From Burkholderiales bacterium (GTDB lineage Bacteria > Pseudomonadota > Gammaproteobacteria > Burkholderiales > Burkholderiaceae_C), in assembly GCA_020354665.1 (NCBI GenBank), contig CP070653.1:2927763-2991762 (forward strand): a stretch of 64,000 nt of DNA, read 5' to 3'. The notes beneath the pieces were generated by a model that ran no database searches, had not been told where the DNA came from, and saw only the letters and a program-made list of their open reading frames with translations. The position numbers were made by a program, and so were the translations under genes. Shown one piece after another: positions 53,870 through 64,000 of the stretch (positions within the stretch are counted from its first letter, which is position 1; each line of letters starts with the position of its first letter).

Positions 53870-55744
53870 TCAGTGGCACTGCGGCAGGATCAGATGCGGG
53901 TCGGCCTGCGGCCCGGCGTAGAGCGCCTCGACGAGCGCGGCGCGATGCGCGAGCACGGTGCGCTGGTTGATCGAACCCTTGTCGGTGACCTCGCCTTTGT
54001 CGATCGACGGGGGCTCGACCAGCACGTGCATCCGGGCCGGTCGGTTGGCGCTGCCGGTCCCGCTTCGCCACAGCGCGTCGGCGAGCTGCTGGAAGAAGCC
54101 GCGCACCGGCGGCGCATGTAGCACGTCGGCCAGCCCGGCGTCGGCGCCCAGCCCTGCGAGCGCACGACAGTTGTCCACCCGCGGAAAGACGAGCAGCCCG
54201 ATCTCGTCGCGATTCAGTCCCGTGACGACGACATCCTGCACGTAGGGCGCGCCGGCGGCGATCACCTTGCTGCGCAGCGGGCCGACGCTGACGTAAGTGC
54301 CGGTGGCGAGCTTGAAGTCCTCGGCGATGCGCCCGTCAAACAAGAGACCGCGCGATGCGTCATCCGGGTCGACGAACCGGGCCGCATCGCCGGTGCGATA
54401 GAAGCCCTCGTCGTCGAACGCCGCCCGCGTCAGCTCGGGCTCGCGCCAGTAGCCCGGCATGACGTGTGGGCCGCGGAAGCGGATCTCGACCTTGCCCTCC
54501 ACCGGCACCAGCTTGACCTCGCAACCGGGATTGGGCAATCCGATGTGGCCGGCAGCCACGCCGTCGCGAACGGCGTTCGTGCAACTGGGCGAGGTCTCGG
54601 TCATGCCCAAGCCCGTGATCATGCGGATGCGCTGGCCGACGGTGGCCGCTGCATGACGGTCGAGGTGATTCCAGACCGCCTGCGACAGCCCGGCTCCGGC
54701 GAAGTACATGGCCTTGAGGTCCCTGAAGAACGTCGCGCGCAGCTGAGCGTCGTTGTCCATCGCGAGCGCGATTTCCTCGAAGCCCTTGGGCACGTTGTAG
54801 TGCACGGTGCTCGCCACCTCGCGCAGGTTGCGCAGCGTTTCGCCGATGCCCGCCGGTGTGGGCTTGCCGTCGTCGATGTAGAGCGTGCCGCCGTTGGCGA
54901 GCACGATGCCCACGTTGTGACTGCCGCCAAACGTGTGGCTCCACGGCAGCCAGTCGACGAGCACCGGCGGCGCTTCGGTCAGGAACACGCTCGACTGGCG
55001 GATCATCTGCTGATTCGCGCACAGCATGCGGTTGGTCGTGATCACGCCCTTGGGCTGCCGGGTCGAACCGGACGTGAACAGGAACTTGACGATCGTGTCG
55101 CCATCGACCGCGCCGTGCGCGGCAGCGCCCTGCGTTCCCGGCGCGGCCGCCAGCAGCTCGTCGAACGGTGTCACGCTGCGGCCGCCGATCGCCCCGCGGG
55201 CCAACACCACCTCGACATCGCTGCCGACAACCGCCGAGATCGCCTTGCCGTACGCAGCCGAACTCGCGAAGACCAGGCCGGGGGTCAGCTTGCCCAGAAT
55301 GTGGCGCAGCTTGCCGTAGTCCTGCGAGATCAGCGAGTACGCGGTCGAGACGGGCGCATACGGAACACCGACCCACATCGCACCGAACGCCAGGCTCAGG
55401 TGCTCGAGGTCGTTCTCCGACAGGATCGCGATCGGGCGCTGCGGGCCGAGCCCGCGCACCGCGAGCGCCTGGCCGATGGCTCGGGCGCGCGCGAGCATCT
55501 GCGCATAGGTGATCGTCTCCCAGGCATTCCCCTTGCCGCCGTCGGTGCGGCGGGCCGCGAACACGCGCTCGGGTGCCGAGGCGGCCCACTGCTCGAGCCA
55601 GTCGGTCAGGCGCTCGGGATACCACCGCAGCGCATCGACCGATCGCAGGATCGATGTGCCGTCGGCGCGCCGCTCGAGCGTCGCATCGAGGCAGCCGCCG
55701 ACGGCGCACGGCCGGATCGGCGCATCGGCCGGTTTCACAGTCAC
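53870..55744 (-). CDS. AMP-dependent acyl-CoA synthetase (feruloyl-CoA synthetase-like)
   Basis: AMP-binding motif LFTSGSTRQPKGV, plus GMTE and YRTGD. Start proposed at GTG 55744 (GTGA overlap with the crotonase stop). The N-terminal pattern (RADGTSILRS...YPERLTDWLEQWA) resembles Fcs-type enzymes. Confidence 0.85.
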   Translation of the reverse strand: MTVKPADAPIRPCAVGGCLDATLERRADGTSILRSVDALRWYPERLTDWLEQWAASAPERVFAARRTDGGKGNAWETITYAQMLARARAIGQALAVRGLGPQRPIAILSENDLEHLSLAFGAMWVGVPYAPVSTAYSLISQDYGKLRHILGKLTPGLVFASSAAYGKAISAVVGSDVEVVLARGAIGGRSVTPFDELLAAAPGTQGAAAHGAVDGDTIVKFLFTSGSTRQPKGVITTNRMLCANQQMIRQSSVFLTEAPPVLVDWLPWSHTFGGSHNVGIVLANGGTLYIDDGKPTPAGIGETLRNLREVASTVHYNVPKGFEEIALAMDNDAQLRATFFRDLKAMYFAGAGLSQAVWNHLDRHAAATVGQRIRMITGLGMTETSPSCTNAVRDGVAAGHIGLPNPGCEVKLVPVEGKVEIRFRGPHVMPGYWREPELTRAAFDDEGFYRTGDAARFVDPDDASRGLLFDGRIAEDFKLATGTYVSVGPLRSKVIAAGAPYVQDVVVTGLNRDEIGLLVFPRVDNCRALAGLGADAGLADVLHAPPVRGFFQQLADALWRSGTGSANRPARMHVLVEPPSIDKGEVTDKGSINQRTVLAHRAALVEALYAGPQADPHLILPQCH

Positions 55745-56553
55745 CGCGACTTGATCACCTTGGCGGCACGGCCCTCGAGAAAGGCACGCAGCCGCTCCTG
55801 CGCGTCGGGTGTGCTCTCCGCCACGGCGGCCATCAGCGATTCGGTGAACAGGCCCTCGCTCTGCGACTGGTCGGCGATGCGTGGCAGCGCATGCATCACC
55901 GCGAAGTTCGACATCGGCGCATTGGCCGCAATCCGCTCGGCGAGGGCGAGCGCCTTCGCGACACCCTCGCCGTCGGCGACGCGATATTGCGACAGCCCGA
56001 CCGCGAGACCCTCCTCGGCGTCGTAGACGCGTCCGGTCATCATCAGATCGGTCATGCGCGCGACCCCCATCAGCCGCGGAATGCGCGCCGAGCCGCCGCC
56101 ACCGACGAAGATGCCGCGCTGCCCTTCGGGCAGGCCGTAGTAGGCGGATGCTTCTGCAATGCGGATGTGGCACGCCGCCGCGAGCTCAAGCCCGCCGCCG
56201 ACGACTGCACCGTGCAGCGCGGCGATCACCGGCACGCGGCCGAACTGGATCGCGTCGAACGCCGCGTGCCACATGCGTGAATGCAGGACACCGCTGCCGA
56301 CATCGCGCTCGACGAGTTCCGACAGATCCAGTCCCGCGCAGAAGTGATCGCCCTCGCCACTGATCACCGCGGCGCGCACCTCCTCCGGCAGGTTGACGAA
56401 GCAGGTGTGCAGCTGACGGATCAGCGGATCGGACAGCGCGTTGCGCTTGGCCGGGCGGTTCAGCCGCACGTGAATCACCGGCCCCGACACACCGATCGCC
56501 AGCAGGTCGAGTGCAGCCAGCGGGCCGGTCGGAGGGCGAAAGGGGTCGCGCAT
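55741..56553 (-). CDS. Enoyl-CoA hydratase/isomerase (crotonase) family protein
   Basis: RPAKRNAL, GDHFCAGLDL, ALHGAVVGGGLELA. Confidence 0.9.
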   Translation of the reverse strand: MRDPFRPPTGPLAALDLLAIGVSGPVIHVRLNRPAKRNALSDPLIRQLHTCFVNLPEEVRAAVISGEGDHFCAGLDLSELVERDVGSGVLHSRMWHAAFDAIQFGRVPVIAALHGAVVGGGLELAAACHIRIAEASAYYGLPEGQRGIFVGGGGSARIPRLMGVARMTDLMMTGRVYDAEEGLAVGLSQYRVADGEGVAKALALAERIAANAPMSNFAVMHALPRIADQSQSEGLFTESLMAAVAESTPDAQERLRAFLEGRAAKVIKSR

Positions 56554-56581
56554 CGCAGACTCGATGAAGCCGCCCGATGAT

Positions 56582-56602
56582 AGTTAGCAAACAAAACTAA
56601 CT
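56582..56602. promoter_or_regulatory. Inverted repeat AGTTAG-N9-CTAACT; candidate MarR operator
   Basis: AT-rich palindrome 29 nt upstream of the crotonase ATG, at the head of the crotonase/synthetase/MarR gene string. Confidence 0.3.
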
Positions 56603-57027
56603 GATCGGTGGAAACCCGGACCAGTCGTCGGTTGGACACTGCAAAAACCCATCGGAGCGTGCAGGTTGGGTGCGGGAATCTACTTTCATGTCGCAAGTGT
56701 TCAGGCCACGAAAGTCCGCCGTTCGGGATCGACGCGCGGGGTTCGATCGACGGGCAATTCGCCACCGAGGCGAGATGCCGCAACCCGTTCGACAACGACG
56801 GGCAGCGCTGCGCGGCGCGTTGGGCTCTGCAACAAGATGGCAGGTGCCGTACTTGCCGCCGCAAATCGCGCAGTACGACACGACTAGGCGCTGCGGATTA
56901 CCCGCTGTTACCGCTGATGCATGCGCTGCGCCATCGTGCAGTCGTTTGTCGCGTTCAATTCGACATGCGGCCCCGATGGCCGAAACGCGCATCGACGGGA
57001 AGCTGGATTGCATCGAAAGGAACGCAA

Positions 57028-57678
57028 GTGACTGAAGCCACCTCGACTTCGAACCCCTTGCCGCGCAACGCGGTGATCGCCGCCGGCAGCCTGGCGCTGG
57101 CCGGTGTCGGACTTGCCGCCGGCCTGTGGCTCGGCGCGCCGCGCAGCGCTCCGCCGGTCGAGGCCGTCGCCGCCGAGACCCCGGCCAAACCCGCCGTCAC
57201 CGCGAAGAGCACCGCTAAGCCCCGCTCCGTGGGCAGCCCTGCGGCCACCGACAACGGCGCTAGCCGTACCACGCCGCTGGCTACGCAACCGGCAGTGGCC
57301 GCCTGCACGAACTGCGGCATCGTCGAGGGGGTGCGACCGGTGCAGCGCAAGGGCGAAGGCACCGGCGTCGGCGCGGTCGCGGGCGGTGTGATCGGCGGCG
57401 CGTTGGGCAGTCGCATGGGCGCCGGCAATGGCCGCACCGCGATGACCGTGCTCGGCGCGGTCGGTGGCGGCGTCGCCGGCCACGAGATCGAAAAGCGCGC
57501 GCGCAGCGAAACGGTGTACGAAGTTCAGGTCCGCATGGACGACGGCACGCTGCGCACCTTCACGCGCGCCGAGGCGCCGGCGCCAGGCGCGCGAGTGCAG
57601 ATCGAAGGGCAGCAGTTGCGCGTGGTGGCGTCACCCGACGCGCCGCGCACGGTCCGCGTGTCGTCGCAAGGCGCTTGA
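57028..57678 (+). CDS. Glycine-zipper (SlyB / 17-kDa antigen-like) membrane protein
   Basis: GTG 57028 behind AAGGAA. N-terminal TM segment, Ala/Pro-rich linker, CTNCG motif, then GVGAVAGGVIGGALGSRMGAG...LGAVGGGVAGHEIE glycine zipper. Confidence 0.75.
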   Translation: MTEATSTSNPLPRNAVIAAGSLALAGVGLAAGLWLGAPRSAPPVEAVAAETPAKPAVTAKSTAKPRSVGSPAATDNGASRTTPLATQPAVAACTNCGIVEGVRPVQRKGEGTGVGAVAGGVIGGALGSRMGAGNGRTAMTVLGAVGGGVAGHEIEKRARSETVYEVQVRMDDGTLRTFTRAEAPAPGARVQIEGQQLRVVASPDAPRTVRVSSQGA

Positions 57679-57779
57679 ACACGGCACGGCCGCGGGGCGT
57701 CTGGCCGCCCACGCGGCAGCTTGCCGAATCGGTGTGCGCGCGAGTTCGCTGGCGCAGCGACCGACCGGCCTGCTACTGC

Positions 57780-59294
57780 CTACTGGACAGACACCGCGCG
57801 GCGGTACTGGATCGCCTCGCCGACGTGCGGTGTCTCGATTGCGTTGGCGCCGGCCAGGTCGGCGATGGTTCGCGCAACGCGCAGCACGCGGTGAAAGCCG
57901 CGTGCCGACCAGCCGAGCCGTGCCGCGGCGGTCTGCAGAAAGTGCACTGCCGCCGGCTCGAGGCGAGCCTGCGCGTCGAGCGCGTAGCCGGCCAGCCCGG
58001 CGTTGGCGCAACCCTGGCGGGATAACGCACGCTCACGGGCTGCGCGCACGCGCGCAGCAACCGCCTGCGAGGTCTCACCGTTCGGAATAGCACCCAACGT
58101 TTCGGGCGCGACGGCGGGCACTTCGACCTGCAGGTCGATGCGGTCGAGCAGCGGCCCCGACAGTCGACCCTGGTAGCGGGCGACGATGTCCGGGGTGCAG
58201 CGGCAGGCGCGCAAGGCGCTGCCCCGGTGGCCGCAGGGGCACGGGTTCATCGCCGCGACGAGCATAAATCGCGCCGGAAACTCGGCCTGCCGCGCTGCAC
58301 GCGAGATCACGATGCGTCCGCTCTCCAGCGGCTCGCGCAGCGCCTCAAGTGCCGCGCGCGGGAATTCAGGCAATTCGTCGAGGAAGAGCACGCCGTGGTG
58401 CGCGAGCGAAATCTCACCGGGCCTCGGCGGTGAGCCGCCGCCGACGAGCGCGACCGATGAAGCACTGTGGTGCGGCGCGCGCAGCATGCGCTCGCCCCAA
58501 CGTTGCGGATCGAACGCTCCCGTCAGGCTGAGCACGGCGGCCGACTCCAGCGCCTCTTCGTCGGAAAGCGGCGGCAGGAGGCGAGGCAAACGCTGCGCAA
58601 GCATCGACTTGCCGGCGCCCGGCGGGCCAACCATCAGCAGGCTGTGAGCGCCGGCCGCGGCGATCTCCAGCACGCGCTTGGCCGTGGCCTGGCCCTTGAC
58701 ATCGCGCAGGTCGGGTCCGCTTTGCGACGGTGCGCGCGAAGGCACGCGCACGAGCGGCAGCGCAACCGCAGCGTCACCGGGTTGCAGCGTGCGCACGACG
58801 TCGAGCAGGTGCGCGGCTTCGCGCACCGCCAGGCCGTCGACGAGCGCCGCTTCGCGCGCGCTCTCGCGCGGCAGCACGAGCGTGCGCGCACCGTGCGCGC
58901 GGTGCACCGCCAGCCCCATCGCCAGCGCGCCCCGCACCGGCCTCAAGTCGCCGGCCAGCGACAGTTCACCGGCGAACTCGTACTGGTCGAGGCGTTGCAT
59001 GTCGATCTGCCCGCTTGCCGCGAGGATGCCCAGTGCGATCGGCAGATCAAAGCGTGCCGACTCCTTGGGCAGATCGGCCGGCGCCAGATTGACCGTGATG
59101 CGCTTGTTGTGCGGGAACTCGAGTGCGCTCGTCAGCATCGCGGCACGCACCCGCTCACGCGATTCCTTGACCTCGGTGTCGGCCAGCCCGACGAGCGTGA
59201 AGCTTGGCAGCCCGTTGGCCAAGTGAACCTCGACGGTGACCTCGGGTGCCGCCAGCCCATCGAGCGAGCGGCTGGCGATGACGGCCAGTGCCAT
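57780..59294 (-). CDS. comM: YifB/ComM family Mg-chelatase-like ATPase
   Basis: Start at ATG 59294 (MALAVIASRSLDG...VEVHLANGLPSFTLVGLADTEVKESRERV). Walker A GPPGAGKS, ChlI-type AAA+ core, C-terminal domain. Confidence 0.9.
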   Translation of the reverse strand: MALAVIASRSLDGLAAPEVTVEVHLANGLPSFTLVGLADTEVKESRERVRAAMLTSALEFPHNKRITVNLAPADLPKESARFDLPIALGILAASGQIDMQRLDQYEFAGELSLAGDLRPVRGALAMGLAVHRAHGARTLVLPRESAREAALVDGLAVREAAHLLDVVRTLQPGDAAVALPLVRVPSRAPSQSGPDLRDVKGQATAKRVLEIAAAGAHSLLMVGPPGAGKSMLAQRLPRLLPPLSDEEALESAAVLSLTGAFDPQRWGERMLRAPHHSASSVALVGGGSPPRPGEISLAHHGVLFLDELPEFPRAALEALREPLESGRIVISRAARQAEFPARFMLVAAMNPCPCGHRGSALRACRCTPDIVARYQGRLSGPLLDRIDLQVEVPAVAPETLGAIPNGETSQAVAARVRAARERALSRQGCANAGLAGYALDAQARLEPAAVHFLQTAAARLGWSARGFHRVLRVARTIADLAGANAIETPHVGEAIQYRRAVSVQ

Positions 59295-59428
59295 GGTTGC
59301 GGTGACCTCCTGTCGAGCAGCGCTGTGCGCTGGGCATCCGACCTCTGTAGCGCTGCGCGAGATTGTGTCGAGCGCCGTTGCGGCCGCTTCTCCACCACAA
59401 GGGGGATGCGGCCGGCAGCGGAGCCGAT

Positions 59429-59445
59429 CGCACCGGAATGGTGCG
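59429..59445. promoter_or_regulatory. Candidate NtrC binding site CGCACC-N5-GGTGCG
   Basis: Matches the GCACC-N5-GGTGC core of NtrC enhancer sites, about 90 nt upstream of the sigma-54 promoter-like element. Confidence 0.5.
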
Positions 59446-59526
59446 ACGCACCAACCCGGTTCTATGACTGCAAGGTCATCGCGCGACGGCAGTGCAATCT
59501 CGGCCGACCTGCGCTGACACCGCGAC

Positions 59527-59542
59527 TGGCACGAAAGCTGCA
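59527..59542 (+). promoter_or_regulatory. Sigma-54 (-24/-12) promoter TGGCACGAAAGCTGCA
   Basis: The GG and GC dinucleotides have canonical spacing (TGGCAC-N5-xTGCA), 45 nt upstream of the OMP-glnK-amtB operon. Confidence 0.65.
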
Positions 59543-59586
59543 GTTGCATCGACGAGTCTCGTCGATTTGCTCACCGGAGGATGTCC

Positions 59587-60672
<1,086 letters not shown>

Positions 60673-60695
60673 AGCCCACTACGAGAGAGACAACC

Positions 60696-62078
60696 ATGAG
60701 ACGACTTATTGCATGTTTGGTCCTGGGCCTCGCGGCCGTGGGCATGGCGGGGCCGTCGTGGGCCCCGGACGCCGCGGCATCCGCTCCGGCCGCCGCCGTC
60801 GCCGCGGAGGCTGTCGCATCGGCCCCGGCAACTGCAGCGCCGGCGGCAACCGTCCAGAAGGGCGACGTCGCCTGGATGCTCACCGCGACGATGCTCGTGA
60901 TCATGATGACGGTCCCGGGCCTCGCGCTGTTCTATGGCGGCCTCGTGCGTGCCAAGAACATGCTGTCGGTGCTGATGCAGGTGATGACCGTGTTCTCGAT
61001 GATCGTCGTGCTGTGGGGCATCTACGGCTACAGCCTGGCTTTCGGCGGTGGCGGCGCGTTCATCGGCGTGCTCGACAAGGCATTCCTGAGCGGCGTGAGC
61101 GTGAACAGTCTCGCCGACACGTTCACTGCCGAGTTCAAGCTGCCCGAGTACGTGTTCGCGGCGTTCCAGGCCACGTTCGCAGGCATCACCTGCGCGCTGA
61201 TCGTCGGTTCGTTCGCCGAGCGCATCAAGTTCAGCGCCGTGCTGCTGTTCAGCGCGCTGTGGTTCACCTTCTCGTACCTCCCGATCGCGCACATGGTGTG
61301 GTTCGGCGAGGGCTACCTGTTCAAGGCCGGCGCGCTGGACTTCGCCGGCGGTACGGTCGTGCACATCAACGCCGGTGTGGCCGGCCTGGTCGGCGCGTAC
61401 GTGATCGGCCGGCGCGTGGGCTATGGCCGCGAGGCGTTGGCCCCGCATTCGCTGCCATTGACGATGGTCGGTGCTTCGCTGCTGTGGGTCGGCTGGTTCG
61501 GCTTCAATGCAGGCTCGGCGCTCGAAGCCAACGCCACCGCCGCCCTCGCATTCATCAACACGCTGTTGGCGACCGCTGCGGCGGTGCTGACCTGGAGCGC
61601 CGGTGAGGCGCTCGGCAAGGGCAAGGCCTCCATGCTGGGTGCGGCTTCGGGTGCGGTCGCCGGTCTGGTCGCGATCACGCCGGCCTGTGGCTCGGTGGGC
61701 CCGATGGGCGCGCTGATCGTCGGCGGACTGGCTGGGTTCGTCTGCCTGTGGGGCGTCAACGGCCTCAAGCGCATGCTCGGCGCCGACGACTCGCTCGACG
61801 TCTTCGGCGTGCACGGCGTCGGCGGCATCCTCGGCGCGTTGTTGACCGGCGTCTTCACCGCGCCCTCGCTCGGCGGCACCGGCGCAGCCGACTTCTCGAT
61901 CGGCAGCCCGGTCGCCACGCAGGCGCTCGGCGTCGTGATCACGATCGTGTGGTCGGGCATCGTCGCGTTCGTCGCGTACAAGATCGCCGACCTGCTGGTC
62001 GGGCTGCGCGTGGCCGAGGACGAGGAGCGCGAGGGCCTGGACATCAGCTCGCACGGCGAGACCGCCTACAGCAAGTAA
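60696..62078 (+). CDS. amtB: Ammonium transporter
   Basis: Amt family motifs (DFAGGTVVHINAG, GWFGFNAGSA, VHGVGGILG). Signal peptide-like N-terminus. Confidence 0.95.
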   Translation: MRRLIACLVLGLAAVGMAGPSWAPDAAASAPAAAVAAEAVASAPATAAPAATVQKGDVAWMLTATMLVIMMTVPGLALFYGGLVRAKNMLSVLMQVMTVFSMIVVLWGIYGYSLAFGGGGAFIGVLDKAFLSGVSVNSLADTFTAEFKLPEYVFAAFQATFAGITCALIVGSFAERIKFSAVLLFSALWFTFSYLPIAHMVWFGEGYLFKAGALDFAGGTVVHINAGVAGLVGAYVIGRRVGYGREALAPHSLPLTMVGASLLWVGWFGFNAGSALEANATAALAFINTLLATAAAVLTWSAGEALGKGKASMLGAASGAVAGLVAITPACGSVGPMGALIVGGLAGFVCLWGVNGLKRMLGADDSLDVFGVHGVGGILGALLTGVFTAPSLGGTGAADFSIGSPVATQALGVVITIVWSGIVAFVAYKIADLLVGLRVAEDEEREGLDISSHGETAYSK

Positions 62079-62107
62079 GACGCGGGCCCTCGGGGTTCGA
62101 CAGAGCA

Positions 62108-62134
62108 GGGGCCGCCCGCAGGGCGGCCCCTTTT
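62108..62134 (+). terminator. Rho-independent terminator after amtB
   Basis: Perfect 10-bp stem GGGGCCGCCC / GGGCGGCCCC with a 3-nt loop, followed by TTTT. Confidence 0.8.
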
Positions 62135-62235
62135 GGTTCAGGGGCCGTTCCTGATGCCGGATGGCGCGAGCCGAAGCGCTGGCACGCGCAGGCCCCTAGA
62201 ATCGGCTTCAACGGCTCTCTGCAATCTCGCGCGCC

Positions 62236-63531
62236 ATGGTCCCCCACCTCGTTACAGCACTGAACGGCCCGATCAACGAGCTGGAGGCACGCATCCTCGA
62301 GTCGATGCCAGCCACCGAGCGCTGGTTCCGGCTCGAGTGGATGGAACACACGCCACCGTTCTATTGCTCGGTCGACGTCCGCAACGCGGGCTTCAAGCTT
62401 GCGCCGGTGGACACCAATCTGTTTCCCGGCGGCTGGAACAACCTCACCGAGGAGATGCTCCCGCTGGCCGTGCAAGCGGCGATGGCAGCGATCGAGAAGA
62501 TCTGCCCCGAAGCGAAGAACCTGCTGCTGATCCCCGAGAAGCACACGCGCAATCCGTTCTACCTGATGAACGTGAAGCGCCTGATGCAGATCTTCCACCA
62601 GGCCGGTCTGAACGTGCGGCTGGGTTCGCTCGACGAGTCTGTCAAGGCGCCCACCCAGCTCGATCTGCCCGACGGTACGCAGCTCACCCTCGAGCCGCTG
62701 GTGCGCAGCCGCGGGCGCCTGGGGCTGAAGCACTTCGACCCGTGCACGATCCTGCTCAACAACGACCTGTCGGGCGGCGTGCCGAAGGTGCTCGAGAACC
62801 TCTACGAGCAGTATCTGCTGCCGCCGCTGCATGCGGGTTGGGCGGTGCGGCGCAAGAGCAACCACTTCCAGGCCTACGAGGAAGTGGCGAAGAAGTTCGC
62901 CAAGCTGCTCGGCATGGACCCCTGGCTGATCAACCCGCTGTACGCCCGCTGCGGCGAGGTCAATTTCCACGAACGCTCAGGCGAGGAATGTCTGGCCAGC
63001 AACACCGAGGCGCTGCTCGGCAAGATCCGCCGCAAGTACAAGGAATACGGCATCAGCGAGAAGCCATTCCTGATCGTCAAGGCGGACGCCGGCACCTACG
63101 GGATGGGCATCATGACGGTGCGTGACGCGAAGGACGTCATCGACCTCAATCGCAGGACGCGCAACAAGATGAGCGTCGTCAAGGAGGGCCTGGAGGTCAC
63201 CGAGGTGATCCTGCAGGAGGGCGTGCCGACCTACGAGCGCGTCAACGAGGCAGTCGCCGAGCCGGTGGTCTACATGCTCGACCGCTACGTCGTCGGCGGT
63301 TTCTACCGCGTGCACGCCGAGCGCGGCGTCGACGAGAACCTCAATGCACCCGGCGCGAGTTTCGTGCCGCTCGCCTTTGCCGAGTCGGGTCACTTGCCCC
63401 GACCCGGCGAGAAGCCGGGCGCGAGCGCGCCCAACCGCTTCTACATGTACGGCGTGATCGCGCGGCTCGCGATGCTGGCGGCCAGCTATGAACTCGAGGC
63501 CACCGACCCCGACGCCGAGATTTACGACTAG
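62236..63531 (+). CDS. gshA: Glutamate--cysteine ligase (about 430-aa proteobacterial type)
   Basis: Full-length match to the non-enterobacterial GshA family as I recall it (FYCSVDVRNAGFKLAPVDTNLFPGGWNNL...). Position downstream of amtB is common in Betaproteobacteria. Confidence 0.8.
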   Translation: MVPHLVTALNGPINELEARILESMPATERWFRLEWMEHTPPFYCSVDVRNAGFKLAPVDTNLFPGGWNNLTEEMLPLAVQAAMAAIEKICPEAKNLLLIPEKHTRNPFYLMNVKRLMQIFHQAGLNVRLGSLDESVKAPTQLDLPDGTQLTLEPLVRSRGRLGLKHFDPCTILLNNDLSGGVPKVLENLYEQYLLPPLHAGWAVRRKSNHFQAYEEVAKKFAKLLGMDPWLINPLYARCGEVNFHERSGEECLASNTEALLGKIRRKYKEYGISEKPFLIVKADAGTYGMGIMTVRDAKDVIDLNRRTRNKMSVVKEGLEVTEVILQEGVPTYERVNEAVAEPVVYMLDRYVVGGFYRVHAERGVDENLNAPGASFVPLAFAESGHLPRPGEKPGASAPNRFYMYGVIARLAMLAASYELEATDPDAEIYD

Positions 63532-63622
63532 CACGCCGGCTGCTCCTTGCTGCGATGCAGCATGACGGCGCACAATAAGAACCTTTCGCCCAACGGCGCG
63601 CCGTCGCCGCTGGCCAGCCAAC

Positions 63623-64000
63623 GTGTCCAATCACACTGAGCCGCGCGATCCACGCGCCGTTGCCGCACTGACGCTGGGCGCGCTGGGTGTGGTCTATGGC
63701 GACATCGGCACGAGTCCGCTGTACGCGCTCAAGGAGATCTTCCGCAGCGGGCACGTCGCGGCGACGCACGACAACATCCTCGGCGTGCTGTCGCTGGTGT
63801 TCTGGACGATCACCGTGATCGTCTCGATCAAGTACGTGCTGCTCGTCCTGCGCGCCGACAACAATGGCGAAGGCGGCCTGATCGCGATGCTCGCGCTGGC
63901 GACCCATGCGGTGCGCGACCGTCCGCCGCTGTACCGCTTGCTCACCGTGATCGGGCTGTTCGGCACTGCGGTGTTCTACGGCGACGGCGTGATCACCCCA
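63623..64000 (+). CDS. kup: KUP-family potassium transporter, N-terminal part; continues beyond the window end
   Basis: My translation from GTG 63623 gives [40 protein letters not shown]...GEGGLIAML...FYGDGVITP, the KUP signature. Absent from the track because it runs off the edge. Confidence 0.85.
   Translation, partial: MSNHTEPRDPRAVAALTLGALGVVYGDIGTSPLYALKEIFRSGHVAATHDNILGVLSLVFWTITVIVSIKYVLLVLRADNNGEGGLIAMLALATHAVRDRPPLYRLLTVIGLFGTAVFYGDGVITP

Noticed and set aside
53870-56173. N-terminal extensions of track ORFs (for example 53870-56173, 6680-8701, 20504-22201, 28368-29627, 29195-30604, 57780-59549, 8951-10594)
   Set aside because: The extensions overlap the upstream gene in another frame and are Arg-rich. 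Internal starts give family-typical N-termini, ribosome-binding sites or ATGA/GTGA coupling with the upstream stop.

Overview
High-GC (by eye roughly two-thirds G+C) chromosomal segment. Gene content suggests a betaproteobacterium of the Burkholderiales; this is inference only, since no rRNA is present. I saw no tRNA, rRNA, CRISPR array, transposase, integrase or phage gene, and I did not find a convincing new multi-gene system. Most of the window is ordinary, densely packed metabolism and transport. From left to right: mmsA (partial), two fasciclin-domain proteins with a TetR regulator, USP, a metallophosphoesterase, two UPF0149/YecA-like paralogues, and GTP-type PEP carboxykinase. Next comes a complete glycerol island (glpD, DUF2160, a 2-permease/2-ATPase/SBP ABC importer, glpR, glpK). 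Then a Dpp/Opp-type ABC importer coupled to an amidase, followed by ALDH+SDR, an M14 peptidase, LysR, tyrB, gpx and an EamA transporter. After those, an SAH riboswitch sits in front of a module-split metH. The five-step histidine utilisation cluster follows (hutU, hutH, ABC importer / hutC, hutI, hutG, hutF). The window ends with a MarR, acyl-CoA synthetase and crotonase set, comM, an NtrC/sigma-54-type OMP-glnK-amtB operon, gshA and the start of kup. Many long ORFs in the supplied track are antisense or out-of-frame shadows typical of GC-rich DNA, and several true genes start well inside the listed ORF. The most unusual observations are: (1) a 153-nt, hairpin-rich, in-frame insertion inside hutH; (2) a roughly 4.3-kb block, seemingly GC-poorer, of truncated, fused or frameshifted gene remnants plus an intact OMP that splits the peptide-type ABC operon; (3) a dihaem cytochrome c interrupted by one in-frame TAG just after its signal peptide; (4) an orphan intrinsic terminator with about 190 nt of structured RNA upstream of mmsA; (5) a tandem pair of small paralogous ORFs with strong Shine-Dalgarno sites; (6) a 1-nt frameshift in the first gene of the glnK-amtB operon. 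Three independent ORF lesions in one window could equally reflect assembly or base-calling errors. All coordinates and translations were derived by hand. No database search or folding computation was possible.
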